Shown: positions 38,964 to 49,366, numbered from the stretch's first letter. The stretch is 64,000 nt of DNA from a bacterium (GCA_043821725.1 JBDRCM010000006.1:38287-102286), one strand, 5' to 3'. Notes: a model not told the origin generated them from the sequence alone. Program-made: numbers and translations.

Positions 38964-41564
38964 ATGACCCCAACAATCAAAAAAATAACTTTTTTAAGTT
39001 CGCTTGTGATGGTTTTAATTACAGCGCTTATACTTGCAAAATATCTTCCGGCAAGTCCGGCTATTTCAGCGGACAGTTCTTGCCCCGCTCTCAATCTGGG
39101 TGACTTAATAAAAGTAAACGGTGACAGCAAAACAGTATATACTCTCAATCCCAACAACGAACTAGTGTACTTTCCAAATATAAATGTATTAAGAACTTGG
39201 GAATATAGCCCGACAAATTATGTAACAATAGGCGCGGACTGCTTGGAATCGTTTCCCGTGCCAACCGGCCAATCAGCAGTTATACAACGCGCAGGTACAT
39301 ATATTGTCAAACGCCAATACGGCAATGAACTTCGCGCTGTTCTTCCAGGCGGAATTCTATCAACAATAACACCTGAAGCGGCGCGCGTTCTTTATGGAAA
39401 CAAAAAAGGTGAATATGTTGTGCTTGCAATCAATCACTATATATGGCCAAACTACCTAACCACCGGACAACCAATCAACGCGCTGGAAGAAAGTGATGTG
39501 CGGTTGCATCCGGGAATGTTGGCTTATGTAAAAGGAAGATCATATTATGTTGATACAAGCAATGTATTGCATGAAATAACTGCTGAAGGGATAAGAGCTA
39601 ATAACTTTCAAACTCGTTTTAGACGCGGATTTTTAGAAAATGTCATAAAAGATATGACAATGGGCAGTAAAATAAACAGAGCCCTTCCTCATTTGCTTGA
39701 TATGACCCAGCGCACAACTGAAAATTATGATCTAACTCCGCCAATGCCAACTCTAACGGGAGCGGCATCAACAAATACAGTACGCGTAAACTGGAAGGCT
39801 TACGCCGGATCCGGCTTTAAAAAATATTATATTGTCAGATCTGAAACAAACACAAATCCAAAATATCCGACTGACGCTGTAATTTCCTCATCAACGCGCA
39901 TTAACTTTATTAATTATACTGACTTGAATCTGCCTGATGACTTCACATACCATTACAACTTATGCGTTGAGCAAGCAAGCAATGTTATTGTGTGCTCAGA
40001 ACCAATTACAGTTTCTCAAAGTCCTATAATACCGCCACCAACAACAAATGGAACGGTTTACTATATCCGAACGGATGGTGGTAATGCCAGCCAATGTGAT
40101 GGTTTGGAAAACACTGCATACCCGGGCACAGGCACCAACCAAAACTGCGCTTGGAAGCATCCGTTTGTAGCGCTTCCACCGGAAGGCACAGCGCGAATTT
40201 CAGGCGGGGATACTTTAATGATAGCAAACGGATCTTACAAAATGGGATATGGCGCCTCTGCAGGAGATGAAGGATGTGCAAGCGCATATTCTTATGACTG
40301 CATTATGGCTCCAATACCGTCCGGACCTGATGCCAGCCACAAGACCCTTATTCTTGGAGAAAACTGGAACACAGGATGTTCAAGCAAGCCACAGCTTTGG
40401 GGTTCAGGCAGGCCTTGGGCAATTCTTGATATGAATAATAAAAGCAACATTGAATTGCAGTGTTTGGAAATAACAGACAGGTCATCTTGCGTTGAATTCC
40501 ACAGCGGAGGTAACTCATGCAATAGAGACAGCGCGCCTTTTGGCGACTGGGCATCAACCGGATTGCGCGCTTCCGGTTCAAGCAATGTGCTGTTAAAGAA
40601 TTTGGATATTCATGGACTGGCGCACACAGGGATTTATGCCGGCCGACTAACCAACTGGACAATTGAAGATACAAAAATTCAAGGCAATGGCTGGGTTGGA
40701 TGGGACGGAGATGTTGACGGCAATGATTCAAACAGCGGAACAACCACTTTCAAACGCGTTAATATTGATTGGAATGGATGCGGAGAAACATACCCGGGAA
40801 GACTGCCAACCGGTTGCTGGGGACAAAGCGCCGGCGGATATGGAGACGGACTTGGAACAGGAGCCACAGCAGGCAACTGGCTAATTGAGGACTCAACATT
40901 TTTGCACAATACTTCTGATGGGCTTGATCTGCTATACCACAGAGGCGGAGGCAAAATTACCATCAGGCGCGTCCATGCTGAAGGCAATGCAGGCAACCAA
41001 ATTAAAACAAATGGCAATGCTGAAATAACAGACAGCGTAATAGTTGGCAATTGCGGATATTTTCAAGGAAAATCATTTACCCATAATGTTGATGCTTGCA
41101 GGGCGCTTGGAAATGCCATGTCAGTAAATATGGAGGGATCTACCAGCCCAATACTAATCTACAACAATTCAATTTACAGTGAAGGCGATTGCGCCTTAAT
41201 AAGCGAAGGCGGATCAAACACAATTACATCAAGAAATAATATATATTATGCGGGCACTGATTATTGGCAACCGTTTGAAAAATCCTGCTTATTCTATACC
41301 GGCGCTAACGCAAGATTTGATACTGACTATGATATTGCGTTTCAAACCAAAGACAGCAATAATTATTGTGCACTAGGAAGCCATAATCTTTGCAATACAG
41401 ATCCAAAATTCGCTTCAATTGAGCCAACATCATTTGATTTGCGCTTAAAGGATTCCAGCCCAGGAATCAATAGAGGAACAACGCCTATCACAACAATTGA
41501 TTTTATGGGCGACAACAGGACAAAAGGAAGTACAACTGACATTGGCGCGTATGAAATGAAATAG
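38964..41564 (+). CDS. paralogous large secreted beta-helix protein (N-terminal domain, FN3-like insert, C-terminal beta-helix ending DIGAYE)
   Basis: The C-terminal ~480 aa are roughly 75-80% identical to the upstream paralogue and include a 135-bp stretch of 100% DNA identity (40117..40251 = 37486..37620). An FN3-like segment (VRVNWKAYAGSGFKKYYIVRSE) replaces the S/T/G linker. Confidence 0.55.
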   Translation: MTPTIKKITFLSSLVMVLITALILAKYLPASPAISADSSCPALNLGDLIKVNGDSKTVYTLNPNNELVYFPNINVLRTWEYSPTNYVTIGADCLESFPVPTGQSAVIQRAGTYIVKRQYGNELRAVLPGGILSTITPEAARVLYGNKKGEYVVLAINHYIWPNYLTTGQPINALEESDVRLHPGMLAYVKGRSYYVDTSNVLHEITAEGIRANNFQTRFRRGFLENVIKDMTMGSKINRALPHLLDMTQRTTENYDLTPPMPTLTGAASTNTVRVNWKAYAGSGFKKYYIVRSETNTNPKYPTDAVISSSTRINFINYTDLNLPDDFTYHYNLCVEQASNVIVCSEPITVSQSPIIPPPTTNGTVYYIRTDGGNASQCDGLENTAYPGTGTNQNCAWKHPFVALPPEGTARISGGDTLMIANGSYKMGYGASAGDEGCASAYSYDCIMAPIPSGPDASHKTLILGENWNTGCSSKPQLWGSGRPWAILDMNNKSNIELQCLEITDRSSCVEFHSGGNSCNRDSAPFGDWASTGLRASGSSNVLLKNLDIHGLAHTGIYAGRLTNWTIEDTKIQGNGWVGWDGDVDGNDSNSGTTTFKRVNIDWNGCGETYPGRLPTGCWGQSAGGYGDGLGTGATAGNWLIEDSTFLHNTSDGLDLLYHRGGGKITIRRVHAEGNAGNQIKTNGNAEITDSVIVGNCGYFQGKSFTHNVDACRALGNAMSVNMEGSTSPILIYNNSIYSEGDCALISEGGSNTITSRNNIYYAGTDYWQPFEKSCLFYTGANARFDTDYDIAFQTKDSNNYCALGSHNLCNTDPKFASIEPTSFDLRLKDSSPGINRGTTPITTIDFMGDNRTKGSTTDIGAYEMK

Positions 41565-41621
41565 CAAATCGCGCATAATTTGCGCAACTTTGACGCAAGA
41601 AAAGCGCGAAAAAAAATAATT

Positions 41622-41653
41622 AAAAAAGCTCCGACAATATGCCGGAGCTTTTA
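41622..41653. terminator. bidirectional intrinsic terminator between the beta-helix paralogue (+) and fusA (-)
   Basis: AAAAAGCTCCG-ACAATATG-CCGGAGCTTTT. Confidence 0.65.
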
Positions 41654-41710
41654 AAAATTTTAATAGCCATATTGCCAAATTCCATTTTGGCCGGAGGGCT
41701 TGATTTACGA

Positions 41711-43786
41711 TTACTTTAATTTTCCACTTATAATATCAACTGCCGCGCTTGCCGGAACTTCAGCATAATGGCCGAATTCCATTGTAGAGCTTGCGCGCCC
41801 TTGTGATAAGGATCGCAAAGTTGTGGTGTATCCGAACATAGTAGCCAGCGGAACAATGCATTTGACTGTCTTCATTTGTCCTCTATCTCCCATTTCTTGA
41901 ATTTGAGCTCTGCGTGAATTAAGATCGCCAATAACATCACCCATATATTCTTCAGGCATTACAGCTTCAACTTTCATAATTGGCTCCAATATGATTGGAT
42001 TGGCTTTTTTGCATGCCGCTTGAAACGCCATTGATCCGGCCATTTTAAATGCCGCCTCAGAACTGTCAACTTCATGATAAGAACCGTCAAAACAAGTTGC
42101 CTTAACATCAACAACCGGATAGCCGGCTTGTATTCCGCGATCAATTGCTTCCTTAATTCCTTTTTGAATTGCAGGCAGATATTCTTTTGGAACTATCCCG
42201 CCTTTAATGGCATCCACAAATTCAAATCCAACACCGCGATCCATTGGCTCAACTTTAAGCCAGCAATGACCATATTGTCCGCGACCACCGGACTGCTTTA
42301 TGTATTTGCCTTCGCCTTCTGCGCTCATCTTTATTGTTTCTTTGTAAGCGACCTGCGGCTTGCCGACATTTGCCTGCACTTTAAATTCGCGCTTTAAACG
42401 ATCAACAATAATATCAAGATGAAGCTCGCCCATTCCGGAAATTATCGTCTGCAAAGTTTCCTCGTCAGTATGAACTTTAAAAGTTGGATCTTCTTCCATA
42501 AGCTTTTGTAATGAAAGCCCAATTCTCTCTTGATCGGATTTTGTCTGGGGTTCAATGGCAACTGATATAACTGGCTCCGGAAATGTCATTTTTTCAAGCA
42601 CAATCAATTTATTTTCATCGCATAAAGTATCTCCTGTTCCGGTATTCTTTAAACCGATGGCAGCCGCAATGTCGCCGGCAAATACTTCAGTAACATCTTC
42701 ACGGCTATTGGAATGCATTCTCACGATTCTTCCAAGCCGTTCCTTTTTCTCGCTTATTGGATTGTAAACATAGGTGCCGGCTCCCACAGTTCCGGAATAT
42801 ACTCGGAAAAAGATGAGCTTTCCAACAAACGGATCGGTTGCCACCTTAAAAGCCAGCGCGCTGAATGGAGCGTCATCGCTTGCCGGCCTGCTTTCTTCCT
42901 CTTCTGTGTCAGGATTAATTCCTTTGACAGGCAAAAGGTCGGTTGGAGCGGGCAGATAAGCTACAACAGCGTCCAGCATCGGCTGTACTCCGATATTGCT
43001 GAGAGCAGATCCGCACAGCACAGGAAAAAGATTTCCTTTTACTGTCATGATTCTTAATGCATCTTTTATTTCCTCCACAGTTAATTCTTTTCCTTCAAGA
43101 TATTTATTCATGTATTCATCATTAGCTTCAGCCACTTTTTCAATCATTTCATCTCTATATTTTTTTACTTGCTCAATCATGTCTGTTGGAATTTCAATTT
43201 CAATGACATTTTCACCATGCTGGCCTTCAAATTTATATGCCTTTTGACCAATCAAATCAATCAACCCTTTAAAAGTGCCTTCAGCGCCAATCGGCAATTG
43301 AACGGCCAGAGCATTTTTTGAAAGACGCTCGCGGATGGAACTTAAACTCGCGTAAAAGTCAGCTCCCATTTTATCCATTTTGTTAATAAATGCAAAACGA
43401 GGCACATTGTATTTGTCGGCCTGATGCCACACTGTCTCAGATTGCGGTTCAACTCCTTGAGAACCGTCAAAAACAGCTACAGCGCCATCCAATACGCGCA
43501 AGGATCTTTCAACTTCCACTGTAAAATCCACATGTCCCGGCGTATCTATAATGTTTATGCGATGATCTTTCCAAAAACACGTAGTTGCCGCTGAAGTGAT
43601 TGTAATTCCTCGCTCGCGCTCCTGCTCCATCCAATCCATCTCGGCCTCGCCTTGATGAACTTCGCCCATTTTGTGTTTTTTACCTGTATAGAAAAGCACG
43701 CGCTCGGTAGTTGTTGTTTTGCCGGCGTCAATATGGGCCATGATCCCTATATTACGAGTGTTTTCCAATGAATATTCTCTTGGCAT
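41711..43786 (-). CDS. fusA: elongation factor G
   Basis: [31 protein letters not shown]..., and domains II-V are present. The start is the ATG at 43786; the ORF-track start at 43894 runs into rpsG. Confidence 0.95.
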   Translation of the reverse strand: MPREYSLENTRNIGIMAHIDAGKTTTTERVLFYTGKKHKMGEVHQGEAEMDWMEQERERGITITSAATTCFWKDHRINIIDTPGHVDFTVEVERSLRVLDGAVAVFDGSQGVEPQSETVWHQADKYNVPRFAFINKMDKMGADFYASLSSIRERLSKNALAVQLPIGAEGTFKGLIDLIGQKAYKFEGQHGENVIEIEIPTDMIEQVKKYRDEMIEKVAEANDEYMNKYLEGKELTVEEIKDALRIMTVKGNLFPVLCGSALSNIGVQPMLDAVVAYLPAPTDLLPVKGINPDTEEEESRPASDDAPFSALAFKVATDPFVGKLIFFRVYSGTVGAGTYVYNPISEKKERLGRIVRMHSNSREDVTEVFAGDIAAAIGLKNTGTGDTLCDENKLIVLEKMTFPEPVISVAIEPQTKSDQERIGLSLQKLMEEDPTFKVHTDEETLQTIISGMGELHLDIIVDRLKREFKVQANVGKPQVAYKETIKMSAEGEGKYIKQSGGRGQYGHCWLKVEPMDRGVGFEFVDAIKGGIVPKEYLPAIQKGIKEAIDRGIQAGYPVVDVKATCFDGSYHEVDSSEAAFKMAGSMAFQAACKKANPIILEPIMKVEAVMPEEYMGDVIGDLNSRRAQIQEMGDRGQMKTVKCIVPLATMFGYTTTLRSLSQGRASSTMEFGHYAEVPASAAVDIISGKLK

Positions 43787-43802
43787 ATTAATGCTTTTAT
43801 TG

Positions 43803-44312
43803 TTATTTTTTCTTTTTTCTAAATCTGGCAAAATGGGCAAATGCCTTATTGGCTTCAGCCATGCGATGTATATCATCCCTCTTTTTAATTGCATCGCCCA
43901 AATTCTGCACGCTTTCCTGCAGTATGTCAGCCAGCTTATCGCTCATTGTCCTGCCTTTTTTGGCTTTTGCCGCCCCAATTATCCAGCGGAAAGCCAAAGC
44001 TTGCTGTCGTTTTGAACTAACCGGAATAGGCACCTGATAGTTGGCGCCACCCACCCTTCTTGACCTTACTTCAACCTGTGGAGAGACATTTTTAACTGCT
44101 TCCTCAAAAATCTTAAGCGGATCTTTTTTTGTTTCACCCTCTCCTTTTGCCTCAGCCCCTATTTTTTCCAAGGCCTTATAGACAACCGACTGAGCGATTG
44201 TCTTCTTGCCGTCCTTCATTACATAATTAATGAATTTAGCCAGTTGCTCACTGCTGTACTTTGCCTCAGCCGGCAATTTTCTGGTTAAATCCTTGTTTTT
44301 TTTACCTCTCAT
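43803..44312 (-). CDS. rpsG: 30S ribosomal protein S7
   Basis: [25 protein letters not shown]...[26 protein letters not shown]. Confidence 0.9.
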   Translation of the reverse strand: MRGKKNKDLTRKLPAEAKYSSEQLAKFINYVMKDGKKTIAQSVVYKALEKIGAEAKGEGETKKDPLKIFEEAVKNVSPQVEVRSRRVGGANYQVPIPVSSKRQQALAFRWIIGAAKAKKGRTMSDKLADILQESVQNLGDAIKKRDDIHRMAEANKAFAHFARFRKKKK

Positions 44313-44328
44313 AGTATCAAGATGTTAA

Positions 44329-44757
44329 TTATTGCTTGGCTTCTTTGGGCTTTTTAGCGCCGTACAAGCTTCGACCACGTCTTCGCCCTTCCACCCCTTG
44401 GGCATCATAAACTCCGCGCACAACATGATAGCGCACACCCGGAAGATCACGTACTTTTCCACCGCGAAGCATTACTATTGAATGTTCCTGCAAATTGTGT
44501 CCCTCACCCGGAATATATGCGATCACTTCCATTCCATTGGATAATCTTACTTTTGCCACCTTGCGCAAAGCGGAATTCGGCTTTTTTGGAGTTGTTGTAT
44601 AAACCTTAGTACAAACTCCGCGCTTGAAAGTAGCGCCTTTGCGCAATATTGTTTTCTTGCGATGAAGAGTATCCAGAGTAAACTGCAGTGCCGGCACCTT
44701 GCTCTTTTTTACTTTTGATTGCCTTGGCTTGCGCACGAGCTGATTTATTGTAGGCAT
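44329..44757 (-). CDS. rpsL: 30S ribosomal protein S12
   Basis: [24 protein letters not shown]...[37 protein letters not shown]. Confidence 0.95.
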   Translation of the reverse strand: MPTINQLVRKPRQSKVKKSKVPALQFTLDTLHRKKTILRKGATFKRGVCTKVYTTTPKKPNSALRKVAKVRLSNGMEVIAYIPGEGHNLQEHSIVMLRGGKVRDLPGVRYHVVRGVYDAQGVEGRRRGRSLYGAKKPKEAKQ

Positions 44758-44926
44758 AATGTCCTATAAATTATTTAATATGCTTTGTAATTACAGACGC
44801 GAATTTTTTAAGCGCCTGATTTTGTAATAAAAAACTGACCTTTTACAATCAGCCACGATTTTTTAAGGTTTTACCCGTTCCCAGCCATATTATTATGAGC
44901 AAGGGCGGATTTAATATTCTGACAAA

Positions 44927-44955
44927 ATTATACGATAATTTAGCAAGTGTGTCAA
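44927..44955 (-). promoter_or_regulatory. consensus sigma-70-type promoter for the rpsL-rpsG-fusA operon
   Basis: The minus strand reads TTGACA (44955..44950), a 17-nt spacer, then TATAAT (44932..44927), roughly 170 nt upstream of the rpsL ATG. Confidence 0.55.
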
Positions 44956-45113
44956 TGGTACCTGTGGATTTCTTTGCAGGCTTGGCATGATCAGGACAAA
45001 AAACACAAAATTATTTCAAAGAATTCCACCGCCCTTGCCACATATCTTTCATGGTATCTGCTATAATAATATCCTCAATAATAGTGACAGAATATGGCTT
45101 TTTTAATCTTAAC

Positions 45114-45142
45114 TTGACAAACCATAGATTTTATGATATAAT
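45114..45142 (+). promoter_or_regulatory. consensus sigma-70-type promoter for the abiEii-abiEi pair
   Basis: TTGACA (45114..45119), a 17-nt spacer, then TATAAT (45137..45142), 40 nt upstream of the ATG at 45183. Confidence 0.55.
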
Positions 45143-45182
45143 AATGTTAACAAATATGATAACTTTCTCCAATCATTAAAAT

Positions 45183-45866
45183 ATGGACAATATAGAATTA
45201 GACAAGTTGGTTTCTGAATTGCAAATATCAAAAGATCAAATATTGCGTGAGGAAGCAGAAATGTTATTTTTAGATCAGCTTGGAAAAAATAGAATATCTT
45301 CAAAACTGGTTTTTTATGGTGGAACTGCTTTGCGGTTAGCATATAATTCCCCCCGTTTCTCTGAAGACATAGATTTACTAATGATTGGCAATGTATCACT
45401 ATCAGAGCTTAAAATTTTTTTGAACACAATTCTTAAAAAGAACGATAATTGGAAGTTGATTGATATAAAGAACAAGCGCCAGATATTATTTGCCTTGATA
45501 AATATCAAAGATGAAAAATTAAAACATAATTTTTCAATTAAGATAGAGATTCATAAACCCAAGAAAAAAATAGATGTTGAATATAATTTGGCCTCAATCC
45601 AGAGCCCAACAAGTATAGCTCAACCCCTGTTATTAGTACCGAGCATAGAAGCAATGAAAGAATTAAAAATAGCAACAATTAAAGACAAAAAAAAAGCGCG
45701 AGATATATTTGATTTATGGTTCATCTTCCAAAAAATGCGAGAACCCTTTGTTATAGGGCAAAAAGTTAAATACAAAGAAAATGAGTTTAAAAATGAATTA
45801 CAAGTTTTTTTACCCAAAAAATATTATCCGCTAGTAAAACAATTGTATGAACAAGTTAGTGAGTAG
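45183..45866 (+). CDS. abiEii: AbiEii/AbiGii-family nucleotidyltransferase toxin (DUF1814)
   Basis: LVFYGGTALRLAYNSPRFSEDIDLLMIGN is the hallmark AbiEii motif. 227 aa. Confidence 0.7.
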   Translation: MDNIELDKLVSELQISKDQILREEAEMLFLDQLGKNRISSKLVFYGGTALRLAYNSPRFSEDIDLLMIGNVSLSELKIFLNTILKKNDNWKLIDIKNKRQILFALINIKDEKLKHNFSIKIEIHKPKKKIDVEYNLASIQSPTSIAQPLLLVPSIEAMKELKIATIKDKKKARDIFDLWFIFQKMREPFVIGQKVKYKENEFKNELQVFLPKKYYPLVKQLYEQVSE

Positions 45867-46422
45867 AATAAAAAGGATACCGAGAATAACCTTTAATTAT
45901 AATGACTTAAAAAAAATTACCGATCTTGAGGACGGTAGTTTGCGAGTCGCTGTTTTTCGGTTGATAAAAAGCGGAGCAATAACAAGAATAAGCAAAGGTA
46001 TTTATACTACTGATATTTCTAAAGTTGATTGGGAAATCTTTGCTGTCCAGAATTATGAACCCAGCTACCTTTCTTTTGAATGGGTGTTGGGCAAATATGG
46101 TGTGTTGAGTCAAAAGCCATATAATTTAACTTTGGCGACTAGTAGACAAACTAAGATAATTAATACAGTTCATAATATTATTTCCTATCATCATCTACAA
46201 ACAAAAATGTATTGGGGTTATGTAAAAAAGAATGGGTATCTGGAAGCAGACTTGGAAAAGGCGTGGCTAGATTTGGCATATTTATCTTTAAATGGCTATA
46301 CAAAGTTTGATTGCCAAGAAATGAATTTATCTTTGCTGAATAAAAATAAAATAAAAAAATATTTAAAAAAAATAGGGATAAAAAAATTATCCAATTTGGT
46401 TTTAAGCACAGGAATGATTTAG
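45847..46422 (+). CDS. abiEi: AbiEi-family antitoxin-like winged-HTH protein
   Basis: RVAVFRLIKSGAITRISKGIYT matches the AbiEi N-terminal wHTH. It overlaps abiEii by 20 nt. The gene order (toxin first) is inverted relative to canonical AbiE. Confidence 0.5.
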   Translation: MNKLVSRIKRIPRITFNYNDLKKITDLEDGSLRVAVFRLIKSGAITRISKGIYTTDISKVDWEIFAVQNYEPSYLSFEWVLGKYGVLSQKPYNLTLATSRQTKIINTVHNIISYHHLQTKMYWGYVKKNGYLEADLEKAWLDLAYLSLNGYTKFDCQEMNLSLLNKNKIKKYLKKIGIKKLSNLVLSTGMI

Positions 46423-46488
46423 GTTCAACAGATATCCGCACGCTTGACATAAAGCCATTATAGTGTAAATGTAGTATAAAATGAGACA

Positions 46489-46938
46489 ATGGAGAAGATC
46501 ATGAAAAGATACAGAGTGATTTCGCTTTTGATGCTGTTCACACTTTCACCCGCCTGCGCGCGCAAGCAGGTGCTCAGATCCGAATTGGTTCGCGTAGAAA
46601 TCCGTGCAAAAGGCGCAAGCAATTCTAGTAGAGAAAGCCTACTTAAGGCCATTACCTTCAGTGGCTTGATGATCAGCGTCCACAAGACCGAAAGCTTGCA
46701 GGGCGTGAGCAAGCTCAGCAAGAAGGCCACTTCGCGGATGCTGTTCAACCAGTGGTCCGAGTGCATTATCGGATCTGACAATGATCAGCTTATCCTAATG
46801 CTCAGGCGATATAAGTATGAATTCGGAATTGAATTGTGGTATCTCAACAAAGCAGTGTATCCCACAAAAAAAATGGCACGTCAAACATTGAGACACTTCA
46901 TCAAAGCAGATGCCTCTGAACTTCTGTGCTTCAAGTAG
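46489..46938 (+). CDS. hypothetical exported protein encoded in a GC-rich (about 50%) islet, likely horizontally acquired
   Basis: 149 aa with an N-terminal hydrophobic signal. Local GC is well above the window average. A stem plus T-run terminator lies at about 46975..47030 (GCAACCC...GGGTTGC TTCATTTTTT). Confidence 0.4.
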   Translation: MEKIMKRYRVISLLMLFTLSPACARKQVLRSELVRVEIRAKGASNSSRESLLKAITFSGLMISVHKTESLQGVSKLSKKATSRMLFNQWSECIIGSDNDQLILMLRRYKYEFGIELWYLNKAVYPTKKMARQTLRHFIKADASELLCFK

Positions 46939-47109
46939 CACCTCCCCCCGGAGTCGAACACATCGACTGCCCCGTAGCAACCCCGGTCTTTCCGACTGCC
47001 GACAAGGGTTGCTTCATTTTTTATAATCCGCGTTTGCGCTTTGCGCGATAATGCCGTATCATAATATACAACATTTGATATTGAATCTGATGACATAAAT
47101 ATCTAATAC

Positions 47110-47344
47110 GGGTCTGTCGCCAAATGTGCTTTCGTAGCGAAATTGATAAATTATGAGACAAAATTGTTGATAATTCCATAGTTATCTTCGCTCGCTCGGA
47201 AAAGAAAAATTATCATTTTTCTTCTCTCTCGCTTCGCTTGATAAAAAATTTTGAGGCCTATCTGTAAGATAAGCCAAGAAATTTTGAAACGATTTTGGCC
47301 ATAATTTATTAATTGCAGTAGAAATGGTATTTGGTGGCAGACCC
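47110..47344 (-). mobile_element. Tn3-like MITE copy 5 (235 bp, reverse orientation) with perfect 5-bp TSD AATAC
   Basis: GGGTCTGTCGCCAAATGTGCTTTCG ... AGTAGAAATGGTATTTGGTGGCAGACCC. AATAC is present at 47105..47109 and 47345..47349. Confidence 0.8.
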
Positions 47345-47399
47345 AATACGCACATCATCAGCCATAAGTCCACATTAAATTAATTGCTAACCCACTAAT

Positions 47400-48515
47400 A
47401 TGCAACTACTGCTAACTTTTATTTTCTGCGCTCTATCGCTCGCCGTACTTGCGGCATTGTATCTTTTTTATAAAAAAATATCAGCTTCCCAAAAGTCGCC
47501 TGACTCAGACCAGCACTTGTTCGTAATGCTACAAAATCAAATTCAGGAAACAAACAGATTGATTGACCAAAAAATGAATGAAACAAACAAAACAATGAAT
47601 GATACGCGCCACAACCTCAACCAAACAATACAGGATCAGTTCGGGCAAAGCGCCAAGTTTATCAGAGGAATAACCGAGCAGAGCAACAAAATGATTGTTG
47701 ACATAACTGAAAAATTAACCAGCTTGGATAAAACCAATCAACAGGTCATTGGATTTTCCGAACAATTGAACAACTTGGAAAAAGTTTTAACAAGCCAAAA
47801 AACGCGTGGTAATCTTGGCGAAGCCGGACTTCAGCTTGTTTTGGAAAACATACTTCCGCCGGGCGCTTATAAATCCCAATACCAATTTGAAGACGGCGAC
47901 ATTGTGGACGCGGTCATAATAACAAAGGAAGGCATGATTCCGATTGATGCAAAATTCTCACTTACTAACTACCAGCGCTTGTTCGACGAAAAAGACGAGC
48001 GCAGGCGCGTTGAATTGGAAAAAGAATTTAAAAATGATTTAAAAAAGCGCATTGATGAAACATCCAAGTATATAAAACCAAAATACGGAACAATGGAATT
48101 TGCTTTTATGTTCATTCCGGCTGAAGCAATTTATTATGACTTGCTTGTAAATCAAGTTGGCGCCATAAAAAGCAACACACGCAATATGATTGATTATGCT
48201 TTTACTGAAAAAAAAGTCATCATTGTTTCGCCAACCACATTTTCCGCTTATTTGCAGACAGTGCTTCAGGGACTAAGGGCTTTCAAAATTGAAGAAAGCG
48301 CCAAAGAAATCCGCGAAAATGTGCAAAAACTGGGTAAGCACATTATTACCTATGAAGATTTCATGAAAAAGCTGGGCTCCAGCATAGGAACATCGGTCAA
48401 TCATTATAATCATGCTTACAAAGAGCTTGCTAAAATAGACAAAGATGTGGTGCGCATTACTCAAGGAGAGCGCGCCATTGAACCGGAGCTGATTGAAAAA
48501 CCTGCGGTTGAATAA
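47400..48515 (+). CDS. rmuC: DNA recombination protein RmuC
   Basis: N-terminal TM helix, a long coiled coil, and a C-terminal domain (EFAFMFIPAEAIYYDLL...VSPTTFSAYLQTV) typical of RmuC. Confidence 0.65.
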   Translation: MQLLLTFIFCALSLAVLAALYLFYKKISASQKSPDSDQHLFVMLQNQIQETNRLIDQKMNETNKTMNDTRHNLNQTIQDQFGQSAKFIRGITEQSNKMIVDITEKLTSLDKTNQQVIGFSEQLNNLEKVLTSQKTRGNLGEAGLQLVLENILPPGAYKSQYQFEDGDIVDAVIITKEGMIPIDAKFSLTNYQRLFDEKDERRRVELEKEFKNDLKKRIDETSKYIKPKYGTMEFAFMFIPAEAIYYDLLVNQVGAIKSNTRNMIDYAFTEKKVIIVSPTTFSAYLQTVLQGLRAFKIEESAKEIRENVQKLGKHIITYEDFMKKLGSSIGTSVNHYNHAYKELAKIDKDVVRITQGERAIEPELIEKPAVE

Positions 48516-48748
48516 AAACACTCAGCTATTTTTTTTACATGTCGTTCTGGGGGGCACACCTGTGGTTCCCGAACGAATTAAAGGATCCCTCCGGGAAGTG
48601 AATTTAAATTTGTTATTTCGCCAGTAATTTAATGTTAAGTTGTATAACTAACAATGAGTTCTAACAAAAAAATACTAATAAATAATAAAAGACCCCCTTT
48701 TGTAAGGAGATCTTTTGCTCGGGTAAATTTGCTATAATAATGACTTTT

Positions 48749-49237
48749 TTAGACGCTTGAGCGTAAATCCTCAACCCTTTTATCACCGCCTCTATCTTCA
48801 TCATTTTTTTGTTGAATCATGCTCCACGCCGACCTGACAATCTGTTCGCGCCCTTTAACATCGACTGCAGAACCGCGAATATCACCACCTAACTCATCCG
48901 GTGACACATTAATCAAATCCTCATACTCACCTTTTTTCGGCAATGAATTATCTATTTTTGAATCCACATTATAGAATATTTTATAACCAGCAGGACCTTG
49001 CGGCTCGGCTAAAATAATTACGAGATGCTGTTTGCCTGTAAAATCAATTATTTTGAAACCTCCGCGTGAATTTTTTATTGTTACGCCCAGATCTTTTTTT
49101 AGCTGATCGTACATTTTTCGTACTGTTTCAGGATCATCATCAAAATCCAAAACTCCTCCATCCTCTAATTTATCTTCAGGTCCTAAACCCAATACATTCT
49201 TGGCTTTTTCTGCAAAGTCAGAATTTAATTCTGGCAT
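48749..49237 (-). CDS. hypothetical protein
   Basis: 162-aa acidic ORF with no recognizable motif. Confidence 0.35.
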   Translation of the reverse strand: MPELNSDFAEKAKNVLGLGPEDKLEDGGVLDFDDDPETVRKMYDQLKKDLGVTIKNSRGGFKIIDFTGKQHLVIILAEPQGPAGYKIFYNVDSKIDNSLPKKGEYEDLINVSPDELGGDIRGSAVDVKGREQIVRSAWSMIQQKNDEDRGGDKRVEDLRSSV

Positions 49238-49366
49238 AGTATTATATTAAGAATAATAATATTTTAAATTATACCAAAATCCACTTAATTGGTCAATACG
49301 ATTCAATTAAAAAATCATGTAAAAATACTTGAAAATTAATTGTTATTATGATATAAAGCTCATAGC

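Noticed and set aside
43787-43894. N-terminal extensions of fusA (36 aa), rpsN (40 aa), rplO (17 aa), rpsJ (20 aa) and rplC (5 aa, GTG) in the ORF track
   Set aside because: The extensions overlap upstream genes or lack homology. Conserved N-termini begin at internal ATGs, which were verified as CAT on the plus strand at 43784..43786, 24846..24848, 22689..22691 and 31601..31603.
46939-47000. GGTTCGACTCCGGGGGGAGGTG-like sequence on the minus strand resembling a tRNA T-arm/acceptor end
   Set aside because: No matching D-arm, anticodon arm or 5' acceptor strand could be folded. It is better explained as part of the terminator hairpin of the upstream GC-rich gene.
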